Assembly (NCBI GenBank): GCA_966250325.1
Contig: CBINGY010000015.1
Span: forward strand, 6,368 to 70,367
DNA length: 64,000 nucleotides
Source of the DNA: an uncultured Cytophagaceae bacterium
Lineage (GTDB): Bacteria; Bacteroidota; Bacteroidia; Cytophagales; Spirosomataceae
Direction of reading: 5' to 3'
Each line of letters starts with the position of its first letter. The stretch's first letter is position 1. The notes below the pieces were generated by a model, which did no database searches, was not told the origin of the DNA, and saw only the letters and a program-made list of their open reading frames with translations. A program made the translations under genes and the position numbers. Below, in pieces: positions 28,529-37,526 of the stretch.

Positions 28529-29734
28529 TTAGGTAAAGGTCATTGGTTGGTCCCGCTCATGAATGGGTTGCTTTTTGTCCCGCAAGTGAGCTGGCGTTTT
28601 CTTTGAAAATACTCCTTTTATTTCGGCAAGCATGGAAAGTGCGATCTCATCAGGTGTAGTGGCTCCCATATCCAAACCTACGGGGGCATAGATGTTTGCC
28701 ATCACGGCATCCGAAATGATTTCACTTTCATCGGCAAGCTCCTGCCAGATACGTTCAGAGCGTACCCGTGGCCCGAGCATTCCTATGTATCGGGCCTCCT
28801 TTTTCAGAAGTTTTCTGAGATTCTCCTTGTCGGTTTGCAGCGAATGCGACATCAAAATCACGGCGGTATATTCGTCGAAAGTAAGGTGGTCAAAATCCTC
28901 CTTTTTCAGAATAGTAACCCCTTCAATCGGGCTGACCTTATTTTCGGGAGCTACCACCGTAATTTCCCAGCCAAGTTCCAGGGTTTGACGAATTAAAGGG
29001 TAAAGATCGTATTGATGACCAAGTAAAATTAGATGAAACGGTGGAGGTATCACTTCCGCAAAAAGCGTCAACTCATCATTTACCACAATGTTCTTTGATT
29101 TATTCAAACCTGATATTACCTCTGTCAAGGCCTCTGTATCACAAAATTGCGATAAAATCTGAAGGCTTGATGAATCAGTAAAATGTACGAGTTTGCCGAG
29201 CAAAGTATCATCGGGAGTTCGGGTGATTTTAACAAGTATATTAGTTACCCGCCTGCCATAAATAATTCTCCTGAGAAGTTCAATTTGATTCTCTGGATCT
29301 CCCTTTTCAACGGGAGAGATAAGAACGTCAATGATTCCATTGCAGCCCAGGCCCACGCCAATCTGGTGATCGTCGTCCATACTGGTATCGTAGGTCATGA
29401 TAGAGGCTTTTCCTTTTAAAATGGCCATACGGGCACGTTTGAGTGCATCACCCTCCAGACAGCCACCGCTAATTCCACCCACCCAGGTTCCATTTTCAGA
29501 AACCAACATCCGTGCACCCATTCTACGATAAGAAGAGCCCTCAACCCTTACCACAGTTGCTATCGCCATCTTTTCATCCTCAGGAGCATGGTCGAAATAG
29601 CGGATAATATGTTTGATTTCTTTCAATGAACCGGCTGAAGTTTTTGGTAAAAATAGGGGATTGGTACACATCTCCGAAACTCCGGTATCTAAATCCATCC
29701 ACTTTTGTCGATCTCCGGCCTGAGCCATCTGCAC
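28529..29734 (-). CDS. XdhC/CoxI-family molybdoenzyme maturation protein
   Basis: The N-domain block is IATVVRVEGSSYRR and a C-terminal Rossmann-like domain follows. The true start may be an internal Met. The gene abuts moeA with no gap. Confidence 0.8.
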   Translation of the reverse strand: MQMAQAGDRQKWMDLDTGVSEMCTNPLFLPKTSAGSLKEIKHIIRYFDHAPEDEKMAIATVVRVEGSSYRRMGARMLVSENGTWVGGISGGCLEGDALKRARMAILKGKASIMTYDTSMDDDHQIGVGLGCNGIIDVLISPVEKGDPENQIELLRRIIYGRRVTNILVKITRTPDDTLLGKLVHFTDSSSLQILSQFCDTEALTEVISGLNKSKNIVVNDELTLFAEVIPPPFHLILLGHQYDLYPLIRQTLELGWEITVVAPENKVSPIEGVTILKKEDFDHLTFDEYTAVILMSHSLQTDKENLRKLLKKEARYIGMLGPRVRSERIWQELADESEIISDAVMANIYAPVGLDMGATTPDEIALSMLAEIKGVFSKKTPAHLRDKKQPIHERDQPMTFT

Positions 29735-29735
29735 A

Positions 29736-30527
29736 TTGTTGCGAAATAAATTTCTTTTGATTCAATTTACACCGAGTACAACCCCAAACCCTGTTGAATT
29801 GAAAAAATTGATCTGGAAGGCCTTTCTGGTTTTCCAAATTTGTCATACCGCCTCTGGTCAATGGTCAAAGGAGGATAATATGTTATGGAACCGTTACTGG
29901 ATTCAGTTCGGGTTGTCACCCCGATGGCAGGCATCTACTCAGGTTACGAATCAGTGGGGAAGGTCGCCCTGGAAACAAAGGCAACTGATTTCTCATTACG
30001 ATGCCAACCTTCGCCTAAATTCTCATTGGAGTATAGGTGCAGGACTTACCGTTTCCTTCAAGAATGAGTGGAATGAAGATTATACGGAGGCTTTCCTTTT
30101 GCCCGAAATACGACCGTTTCAGCAGGTATTGTTTTCTGCGGAATCAGGGCAAAAGTGGAGATTTCTGGGAAGGGTCCGTTTTGACGAGCGATATATTCAT
30201 AACTCCAACGAAAGAGATCGACTTTTACCTGGATATACCTATGAAGGACGTACAAGGTTTCAGGGCATTTGCACCTACAGAATATCAGGAAAATGGAGTT
30301 CCAGAGTCGGAGATGAGGTTTTTGTCAATTACAGGAAAGATGAATACGATCACCACATAAGCCAGAATCGGATTTTTGCAGGCCTGAATGTGGACCTCGC
30401 CCGGGGCCTCTCACTTGACGGAGACTTCTTTTTTATCAGCAGAAACGATGAGGGGCATCCACGATTATCCAATATTTTCAGGCTAGGACTTATGCAACGC
30501 ATCCGAAGTTTTGAGCCGAAATCTTAA
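29736..30527 (+). CDS. DUF2490-like predicted outer-membrane beta-barrel protein (paralogue 1)
   Basis: Alternating beta-strand pattern with an LPEIRPFQ block. The start is uncertain: TTG at 29736, or TTG at 29799, which would give the signal peptide MKKLIWKAFLVFQICHTASGQ. Confidence 0.65.
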   Translation: MLRNKFLLIQFTPSTTPNPVELKKLIWKAFLVFQICHTASGQWSKEDNMLWNRYWIQFGLSPRWQASTQVTNQWGRSPWKQRQLISHYDANLRLNSHWSIGAGLTVSFKNEWNEDYTEAFLLPEIRPFQQVLFSAESGQKWRFLGRVRFDERYIHNSNERDRLLPGYTYEGRTRFQGICTYRISGKWSSRVGDEVFVNYRKDEYDHHISQNRIFAGLNVDLARGLSLDGDFFFISRNDEGHPRLSNIFRLGLMQRIRSFEPKS

Positions 30528-30565
30528 CTTTGGTTAAAAGAAAAAAGTTGATAAACGTAAAGGAC

Positions 30566-30901
30566 ATGTTGAAGCCGGGGCTTTCGGCAGAGGTACATCT
30601 TACCTTAAGGGTTATGACCGGTGAAGGGCGGTTTCTGGGCCCGGGAAGAATAGAATTGCTGGAATTGGTAGGTAAACTGGGGTCTATCAATAAAGCGGCG
30701 GCTCAGATGAAGATGTCTTACAAAAAAGCCTGGAGCCTTATTCATCAAATGAATGAAATGTGCAGAGAACCTCTGGTTACCAGCAAGTCTGGAGGAGAAG
30801 AAGGCGGCGGAACTGTACTTACTGCTTACGGAGAACAGGTGATACAGAAGTATCGGCAGATAGAAAATGAAATAAATCACCACGTCGCAACGATCTTCTG
30901 A
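30566..30901 (+). CDS. ModE N-terminal-domain-only winged-helix regulator (no Mop domains)
   Basis: GPGRIELLELVGKLGSINKAAAQMKMSYKKAWSLIHQMNE and GGGTVLTAYG align with the DNA-binding domain of E. coli ModE as I recall it. Start set at the ATG at 30566. Confidence 0.8.
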   Translation: MLKPGLSAEVHLTLRVMTGEGRFLGPGRIELLELVGKLGSINKAAAQMKMSYKKAWSLIHQMNEMCREPLVTSKSGGEEGGGTVLTAYGEQVIQKYRQIENEINHHVATIF

Positions 30902-30906
30902 CCAAC

Positions 30907-31689
30907 ATGTACATTTGCATCTGGTTTGAAAGAATAACTCACTTGAACAGGAAGGCGGCCTTCTATCTCGAAGCAGTTTTGTTGGTTTTTGGGTTTGTGC
31001 CGGTCATGGCTCAGAAGCAACGTATTTCTGAAAATCAGGATTTACTCTGGACCCGCTATCATCTTACACTGCGGTTTTCAGAACGTTGGAAATGGGCCAC
31101 CGAAGCAGATAACAGGGTGTTTTTGAGTACCTTAAACAGGGCACAGATTATTGCCCACACACATCTTCATTATTCATTTTCTTCAGAAACAGAGGCGTCG
31201 TTAGGTATGACCTACTCTCTGGTAAATCCCCCCGATGCATTTGACGAAGACCCGCTCACCATTCCGGAGATCCGCCCGTTTCAGGAGTTTTATCTGAGAC
31301 AAAACTTTGACAACAGTCCACTGAAAATTCAGCACCGGTTCAGATCGGAGGAGCGTTTTTTTAGAAATTCAGATGGCAGTCAACTAATTGATGGTCACAA
31401 TTTTAACTGGAGGTTTCGCTATCAGATTGCATTGGAATATCCTGTTGATCAGAAATTTAGCATAAAGTTCAATGATGAGCTTTTTATCAATGCGGGCAAA
31501 AATATTGTATACAATGTCTTTGACACCAACCGCATTTATGGAGCACTGGCCTATCATCCATTAAAGCCCTTGGTGGTTGAATTGGGCTATTTGCATTCCG
31601 TACAACAGCAAAGAAGCGGCTCTTCTTTGCTGATCCGCGATAACATAAGGTTTACAATTTTCCATCAAATAGATTTAGCCAAAAAGTAA
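30907..31689 (+). CDS. DUF2490-like predicted outer-membrane beta-barrel protein (paralogue 2)
   Basis: It shares the LW.RY and IPEIRPFQ blocks and the overall length with 29736-30527. Confidence 0.65.
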   Translation: MYICIWFERITHLNRKAAFYLEAVLLVFGFVPVMAQKQRISENQDLLWTRYHLTLRFSERWKWATEADNRVFLSTLNRAQIIAHTHLHYSFSSETEASLGMTYSLVNPPDAFDEDPLTIPEIRPFQEFYLRQNFDNSPLKIQHRFRSEERFFRNSDGSQLIDGHNFNWRFRYQIALEYPVDQKFSIKFNDELFINAGKNIVYNVFDTNRIYGALAYHPLKPLVVELGYLHSVQQQRSGSSLLIRDNIRFTIFHQIDLAKK

Positions 31690-31702
31690 CTACCTTCGGT
31701 AC

Positions 31703-31945
31703 ATGAAAGTTAAAGTACTCTGTTTTGGCATCACACGGGATATTCTGGGTGGCTTTGAGCAGGAGATAGAGCTGCCAGAGGGGGCCAGTGTGGCTTTTTT
31801 GAAACATAGACTCACACAAGATTATCCCGATTTTACGAAACTGAAATCCCTACGTATTGCGGTCAACGAGGAATACGGAAATGAAGAACAGGTGATAACA
31901 GAGCTTGATGAAGTAGTACTTATTCCTCCGGTGAGTGGAGGGTGA
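31703..31945 (+). CDS. moaD: Molybdopterin synthase sulfur-carrier subunit
   Basis: 80 aa with a ubiquitin-like fold pattern; the C-terminus ends in GG (PPVSGG). Confidence 0.85.
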   Translation: MKVKVLCFGITRDILGGFEQEIELPEGASVAFLKHRLTQDYPDFTKLKSLRIAVNEEYGNEEQVITELDEVVLIPPVSGG

Positions 31946-31982
31946 GTTTATTTTTGACTTTAGCGTGCGGAATTACGAATAG

Positions 31983-32417
31983 ATGAGTACTGATTCAGAA
32001 AATATTCAAATCATTTTAACCGAAGATTCTTTGAATCTTACTGATTGTCAGATCTTTGTTGAAGATCCGGCTGCCGGAGGTATCGTACATTTTGTAGGTT
32101 CGGTTCGTAACCATACCCAAGGTAAAATGGTAACCCGACTGGAATTTGAAGCCTACGAACCCATGGCGATCTCAGAAATGCGGAAAATTGCTGAGCAAGC
32201 CATTGAGAAGTTCGGCGTCATGAAAATCGCTATTCATCATCGCATCGGCACACTTGAGATAGGGGAGTTGCCTGTGATAATTGCGGTTTCCTCAGCTCAT
32301 CGCAAGGCAGCTTTTGAGGCGTGTCAATATTGTATTGATACTCTAAAAGAAACCGTACCCATCTGGAAAAAAGAAATTTTTGAAGATGGAGAAGTATGGG
32401 TGAGTGCTACGCCTTAA
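31983..32417 (+). CDS. moaE: Molybdopterin synthase catalytic subunit
   Basis: 144 aa; blocks GGIVHFVGSVRN and PIWKKE are present. Confidence 0.9.
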   Translation: MSTDSENIQIILTEDSLNLTDCQIFVEDPAAGGIVHFVGSVRNHTQGKMVTRLEFEAYEPMAISEMRKIAEQAIEKFGVMKIAIHHRIGTLEIGELPVIIAVSSAHRKAAFEACQYCIDTLKETVPIWKKEIFEDGEVWVSATP

Positions 32418-33501
32418 TCTCAAATGCTGTTTTCTCCTCTGGTGTATTTACATTTTTCAAAATAGCCGAATCGGAAGGATGAATAACCTCTACATCACTA
32501 TGGATTAGTACCTTACGAGGACAGCTATACCCTAAAGCCAGGAACTCCATTAATCTCATATAGGCCTTTGGTTCCCAAAGTGTAATGAGTGGGTCGGGGA
32601 AGTTCGTTTCTTCATTGTGAAAAGCCGTTGCTATTTTCGCAGGGTTTCTTTTGGAGATTAATTCTTTGAAAACGGCAGCATTTACAAGCGGAAGGTCACA
32701 AGCCACCACCAGCCAGGCCACGTTGGGATCTGTCTGAAATGCCGAGGCAATTGCACCGAATGGGCCGAGACCCTCAAACTTATCGGTAATGCGGGTATAG
32801 TTTTCGTATTGCTCTGTACGGCAGGAAACGTACGGTTCTATTCCCGCTTTTTCCAATTCACCAATAAGATAATCAACCTGCGGCAAGCCATGATACGCAA
32901 TTTGTCCTTTATCCTCTCCCATACGTATACTTTTTCCTCCGGCTAAAACGAGGCCTTTTATGGGTGCGGCAGGAAAAGTTTCTTGGATTAACCGGGCAAT
33001 TTTTTCCGTTTCAGAACTAGTGAAAACAGGCTTTCCATTAACTAAATCTCCGAGCCAGTTAAAGGGCTTTTCCATACCCTTACATAGTACGAAACCTGCG
33101 ATATCGGTAAGCTGATCCAGTCGTTTTTTCAACGATTCTTCCTTTTTCGGATGAATAAGTACCAGTTGTTTAGTCGCTTGAAAGTGATTGCCATTGACCA
33201 GAATTAACTCCTGATCATTCAGCAGAATTTTTCGGTCAAAATCATTGAATCCGGACTTATCAAAGCGAAAGAACTTGATTTTATCGGTCAACTCATTGCG
33301 GGTGAGACCAGCGGTTTCGGAGTCACCAAAAGCATGATCTGCATCAATATAAGCTGTATTCGAAACATTCAATAAATCAATCAATTGATTCGCCAAGTTC
33401 TGAATATCTCCACAAGGGGCACCCACCAGGGCGAGCTCGTTTCGTCCGAAATATCCGATGGCGGGTCTGGCGAGTTTTGCGTGTTTTTGGTGTTTTTCCA
33501 T
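32407..33501 (-). CDS. mobA: Molybdenum cofactor guanylyltransferase (MobA domain) with an N-terminal MobB-like domain that has a degenerate P-loop
   Basis: The C-terminal half has GLVLAGGKSIRMGEDKG (MobA). The N-terminal half has LALVGAPCGDIQNLANQLIDLL at the position of the MobB Walker A. Start at the ATG at 33501. The 3' end overlaps moaE by 11 nt. Confidence 0.75.
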   Translation of the reverse strand: MEKHQKHAKLARPAIGYFGRNELALVGAPCGDIQNLANQLIDLLNVSNTAYIDADHAFGDSETAGLTRNELTDKIKFFRFDKSGFNDFDRKILLNDQELILVNGNHFQATKQLVLIHPKKEESLKKRLDQLTDIAGFVLCKGMEKPFNWLGDLVNGKPVFTSSETEKIARLIQETFPAAPIKGLVLAGGKSIRMGEDKGQIAYHGLPQVDYLIGELEKAGIEPYVSCRTEQYENYTRITDKFEGLGPFGAIASAFQTDPNVAWLVVACDLPLVNAAVFKELISKRNPAKIATAFHNEETNFPDPLITLWEPKAYMRLMEFLALGYSCPRKVLIHSDVEVIHPSDSAILKNVNTPEEKTAFEIKA

Positions 33502-33529
33502 GTTTGAATACTCTTTCAACCAAATTACG

Positions 33530-33537
33530 TATTTTTG
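33530..33537 (+). promoter_or_regulatory. -7 box TATTTTTG upstream of the toxin-antitoxin pair
   Basis: Exact TAnnTTTG match 22 nt upstream of the ATG at 33560. Confidence 0.4.
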
Positions 33538-33559
33538 AGTAAGGCAAAACAAAGATGTT

Positions 33560-33784
33560 ATGAATCCTCAGGTATTGGTAGATGACAAAGGTAATGAAAC
33601 AGGCGTTTTTATCCCGATGGCAGAGTGGAATCGGATAAAAGAGCAGCTCTCTGATGTGGAAGGTGGTTTTGTGCTTACCGATGAGCACATTGCTATTCTG
33701 GATAAAGCGAGTGCTGAGCCTTTGAGCAATTGCATGGATGCAAAATTATATATTCAGGAAGTGAAGGAGAAATATGGACTTTAA
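33560..33784 (+). CDS. Putative antitoxin of a type II TA pair
   Basis: 74-aa acidic protein. It overlaps the downstream ParE/RelE-like gene by 11 nt. Confidence 0.6.
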   Translation: MNPQVLVDDKGNETGVFIPMAEWNRIKEQLSDVEGGFVLTDEHIAILDKASAEPLSNCMDAKLYIQEVKEKYGL

Positions 33785-34070
33785 AACAGTTTTAACCCCT
33801 TTTGCCAGGAAGGAATTTGATCGGACATTTACTTACTATTTTGGCAATGTGGGATTTGTAGTGGCTAAAAATTTCTTTGACGAAGTTAATTGGGCATTCG
33901 AAAGGCTTAAAATCAAACCCTATTATCAAGTAAGGAAAGGAAAATATCGTGCTCTCCCATTGGTAAAGTTTCCTTACTTAATTCTTTTTGAAGTAATTGA
34001 GGAAAAGAAGATGGTTAAAATCCCAAGCATTTTCCATACATCCCAGGACCCGAAAAAATACCCTAATTAA
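33774..34070 (+). CDS. ParE/RelE-family type II toxin
   Basis: 98 aa; FPYLILFEV..VKIPSIFHTSQDPKK is the typical C-terminal pattern of the family. Confidence 0.8.
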   Translation: MDFKTVLTPFARKEFDRTFTYYFGNVGFVVAKNFFDEVNWAFERLKIKPYYQVRKGKYRALPLVKFPYLILFEVIEEKKMVKIPSIFHTSQDPKKYPN

Positions 34071-34078
34071 GGATTATC

Positions 34079-34465
34079 TCAGACATTTTTTAATCCTTTC
34101 ACCTCTTCCCACAGCTCCCAGCCCCAATGCCCGGCAAAAAGTGGCCCCATTATAAAACCTCTGGAATTGTATAGGCTCACCGCCTCGAAATCCAGATGAA
34201 GAAAGGAGTAAATAGCTTGCCAGATACCGCAGCTGTTGTAGTTGGCGTCAGTGGGGTCACAGATAGCAGGAGAATCGACAAAGGTTTCCAGCGGGAAAAT
34301 TAGGATTGCCAGAGGCACTGAAATCAAAATGACTAGTTTGACATATTTCCAGAATTTGAGAAGCATTAGGCAAAGCTCTGAAGAATTAGCGAAATGACCT
34401 GTAATAATTGCTACAGAACATGAAACCCTTGAAGGCTTCGCGTCCTTGCGGTTAAATAAATTCAA
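34079..34465 (-). CDS. Small membrane protein, hypothetical (weak DUF2752-like resemblance)
   Basis: It has a hydrophobic helix (VKLVILISVPLAILIFP) and a 4-nt overlap with the moaC stop. An alternative start is at Met34. Confidence 0.45.
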   Translation of the reverse strand: MNLFNRKDAKPSRVSCSVAIITGHFANSSELCLMLLKFWKYVKLVILISVPLAILIFPLETFVDSPAICDPTDANYNSCGIWQAIYSFLHLDFEAVSLYNSRGFIMGPLFAGHWGWELWEEVKGLKNV

Positions 34466-34944
34466 TCGGCAAGAGCAAAATCCCGCTTCCCCCCGCTTTT
34501 CGCTATCAGCCGGGTTTCTTTAATAACGATGTTGTGAGAGAAAGCCTTACACATATCATAGATGGTGAGAGCCGCCACTGAGGCTCCGGTGAGGGCTTCC
34601 ATTTCAATGCCGGTTTTGCCGGTAAGTGAGGCGGTACAGATTATTTCTACTTCGTTATTGGCATTTACCGAGATTTCTACCTGGCAATTCTCCAGACCCA
34701 GCGGGTGGCACAGGGGAATTAATTCGCCCGTCTTTTTGGCTGCCATCACCCCGGCAATAATCGCTGTCTGAAACACCGGTCCTTTTTTGGTTTGAATTTC
34801 TTCTCCCTGAAGTTTGGCTATGATTTCATCATCCAGCAATACAATGCTGCGGGCTTTAGCGATGCGTTTGGTCACCGGCTTTTCACCCACATCCACCATG
34901 GAGGGGTTTCCGGCTTTGTCAAGATGGGTAAATTCCTGGCTCAT
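34462..34944 (-). CDS. moaC: Cyclic pyranopterin monophosphate synthase
   Basis: 160 aa; blocks THLD..G.P.MVDV and LIPLCHPL are present. Confidence 0.93.
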   Translation of the reverse strand: MSQEFTHLDKAGNPSMVDVGEKPVTKRIAKARSIVLLDDEIIAKLQGEEIQTKKGPVFQTAIIAGVMAAKKTGELIPLCHPLGLENCQVEISVNANNEVEIICTASLTGKTGIEMEALTGASVAALTIYDMCKAFSHNIVIKETRLIAKSGGKRDFALAD

Positions 34945-34967
34945 AGAACAAAGATAGAAGGGGAATT

Positions 34968-36674
34968 TTACAAATTCCCCTTCTTCATTTCCTGCACAGC
35001 AAAATCTGCTGCCCGGGCCGCAAAGGCCATGTAGGTAAGCGACGGATTCTGCGTGGAGGTGGAAGTCATCATGGCACCATCTGTCACGAATACGTTTTTG
35101 CAGGCATGCAATTGATTGTGCTTGTTCAGCAGAGAAGTTTTTGGGTCTTTGCCCATTCGCACGCCTCCCATTTCGTGAATATCCAGACCCGGAGCCTGTC
35201 TGGAATCAGAGCCTTTCACGTTGGTAAAGCCCGCTTTCTCAAACATCTCAATGGTATTTTCCAGATAGTCTTTCACCATTTTATCGTCGTTGTCATCGTA
35301 ATCCACATTAAAGTGAATTAACGGAATACCCCATTCATCGGTGAGTGATTTATCCAGCGTAAGCGTGTTGGTTTCTTTCGGGATGGTTTCACCCATCATG
35401 TGCGAGCCCACGTACCAAGGTCCCAGATCTCTCTTAAAAAGATTGGCCTTTAAATCCTGGCCCACACCCTGCGTGCTCATGTTTTCACTTCTTCCGGTTG
35501 AGAAACCCGCTGCGTAACCACGAATGAAATCGGTCTCCTGCTCATAAAGATTTCTCCAGCGTGGCATATAGCTGCCACCTACCCGGCGTCCGTTCGTGGT
35601 TTTATCGGCGAAGCCTTCATATATGCCATTTACGCGAGCCCGGTAATTGTGAAATGCAATAAACTTGCCCATCAGGCCATTGTCATTGCCAATTCCAATC
35701 GGGAAACGGCTTGATGTACTGTTGAGCAACAAAGCTGTGGTATTCATGGCTGCGGCATTCACAAAGATCACTTTGGCTTTGAATACAATTTCTTCTTTGG
35801 TGAGGCGGTCAATCACCCGCACACCGGTAGCTTTTCCTTTCTTCTCATCATAAATGATGGAGTGTACCACCGAATTGGGCCGCAGCGTACAGTTTCCTGT
35901 ATTTAAGGCCCAGGGAATGGTGGAGGCATTGCTGCTGAAATAGCCACCATACGGGCAACCCCGCTGACAAAGATTACGGTGCATACAGCGGGCTCTTCCC
36001 TGCTGGGTATGAATATCCTGTGGCTCGGTAATGTGAGCTTTGCGGGCAATGATGGCCCGGCGGTTTTTATAGTTTTTCTGTAAAAACTGGTCAAAGTATT
36101 CTTCAACACAACTCTGCTCAAAAGGCGGCAAAAATTCGCCATCTGGCAGGCTTTCTAGTCCGTCACGTTTTCCGGTAATGCCAGCAAACTTCTCCACATA
36201 GCTGTACCAGGGGGCAATCTCATCGTAGGAAACGGGCCACTCCACAGCAAAGCCGTCGCGAGCCGGGCCGTCAAAATCCAGCTGACTCCATCGCTGCGTT
36301 TCGCGTGCCCAGAGGAGCGATTTTCCACCAACCTGATAGCCACGAATCCAGTCGAACGGCTTGTCTTGCACATAGGGGTGCTCTTTGTCTTTCACCACAA
36401 AATGCTTGGCATCTTCGTTGAAAATATAGCATTTGGAGGCGATCGGGTTTTCTTCCCGCTCTTTCAAAGGTAGCCTCTGGCCATGTGGAAAATCCCAGGG
36501 CATCATGGTGGTGGTGGGGTAATCCACAATGTGCTTGACATCGGGGCCGCGTTCCAGAATTAAGGTTTTAAGTCCCTTTTCAGAAAGCTCTTTTGCAGCC
36601 CAGCCGCCGCTTATACCAGATCCTATCACGATGGCATCATAGGATCTTTTTTTTGCTGTAGTATTGATATTCAT
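34968..36674 (-). CDS. GMC-family FAD-dependent oxidoreductase (no signal peptide of its own)
   Basis: YDAIVIGSGISGG is the FAD-binding fold. A C-terminal GMC block is present (HEMGGVRMG). Confidence 0.9.
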   Translation of the reverse strand: MNINTTAKKRSYDAIVIGSGISGGWAAKELSEKGLKTLILERGPDVKHIVDYPTTTMMPWDFPHGQRLPLKEREENPIASKCYIFNEDAKHFVVKDKEHPYVQDKPFDWIRGYQVGGKSLLWARETQRWSQLDFDGPARDGFAVEWPVSYDEIAPWYSYVEKFAGITGKRDGLESLPDGEFLPPFEQSCVEEYFDQFLQKNYKNRRAIIARKAHITEPQDIHTQQGRARCMHRNLCQRGCPYGGYFSSNASTIPWALNTGNCTLRPNSVVHSIIYDEKKGKATGVRVIDRLTKEEIVFKAKVIFVNAAAMNTTALLLNSTSSRFPIGIGNDNGLMGKFIAFHNYRARVNGIYEGFADKTTNGRRVGGSYMPRWRNLYEQETDFIRGYAAGFSTGRSENMSTQGVGQDLKANLFKRDLGPWYVGSHMMGETIPKETNTLTLDKSLTDEWGIPLIHFNVDYDDNDDKMVKDYLENTIEMFEKAGFTNVKGSDSRQAPGLDIHEMGGVRMGKDPKTSLLNKHNQLHACKNVFVTDGAMMTSTSTQNPSLTYMAFAARAADFAVQEMKKGNL

Positions 36675-36711
36675 GATTCTTGAAAGATTGGGAGGTTCAA
36701 CCCCACACCGA

Positions 36712-36730
36712 CCCTCCCCGAAGGAGAGGG
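36712..36730 (-). other. Intercistronic 8-bp stem / UUCG-tetraloop hairpin
   Basis: The minus-strand RNA reads CCCUCUCC-UUCG-GGGAGGG. It lies between the small-subunit gene and the GMC gene. Confidence 0.5.
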
Positions 36731-36762
36731 AGTTAATTTAATAGTTTAAAATGCTTTTGGAA

Positions 36763-37275
36763 TTAAACATCTACGCAGCCGTGGCCGTACCCCGGGGCAT
36801 ACTCGTAGCCCGCTATATTGGTCATATACCATTCTGAACCGGTGTAGCCCTGTATGGTGTAATTTTTTAGCAGGCCAAAAAATTTTTTCCAGGAGGAATT
36901 ATTGCTTGTGGCCATTGTTTGTAGTAAGTCATTTTTTTCAACAGCAGAAAGAGGGGCAAACTTTTTATTGTATTTCTGCTGAGCCAGGGCATCTGTCTCA
37001 GAAAGTTGACTGTAGAAGGCCTGCTGATCCGTCTCTGTATGCTGTGATTCCACCATGGCTTTTATAAATTGGTCAACGCCCAGTTCAAGTGCTCCCGGAG
37101 TATCCGATTTAGGAATCAGTGCATCCACCAGTTCCTTTAGCAGTGCCTCATCTGCCACAGGAAGAGCCTGTGTGAGAGGTAGCGAAGCGGTATTCCATCC
37201 TTCTGCCCAGGTGGGTATAGTCACCAGTGAAGCAGCTCCCAGTCCAAGATTTTTAAGAAGATTTCTTCGGTTCAT
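36763..37275 (-). CDS. Gluconate 2-dehydrogenase subunit 3-family protein with Tat signal
   Basis: Start at the ATG at 37275. MNRRNLLKNLGLGAASL is a twin-arginine signal. Confidence 0.8.
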   Translation of the reverse strand: MNRRNLLKNLGLGAASLVTIPTWAEGWNTASLPLTQALPVADEALLKELVDALIPKSDTPGALELGVDQFIKAMVESQHTETDQQAFYSQLSETDALAQQKYNKKFAPLSAVEKNDLLQTMATSNNSSWKKFFGLLKNYTIQGYTGSEWYMTNIAGYEYAPGYGHGCVDV

Positions 37276-37526
37276 TATCAGTTCATTAGTTAGATCAACC
37301 ATGAAACCAAACGATGGGATACAACGAAAGCTTATGCCTGATACGAAAAAGCCACATTATTGCTTCCGAGCCCAAAGGAAGTTTCAATGAGGGTAAATGT
37401 AAATCAAAAATAGAAATTTATACGACCTGTGAATACTCGCTGGCAGAATAAGGTCAAAAAGAGATAAATGAGGATTAGAGTGCGTTGAAAACATAGAGAA
37501 CGTCCCGTAAAGTAATTGAGCAGAAA

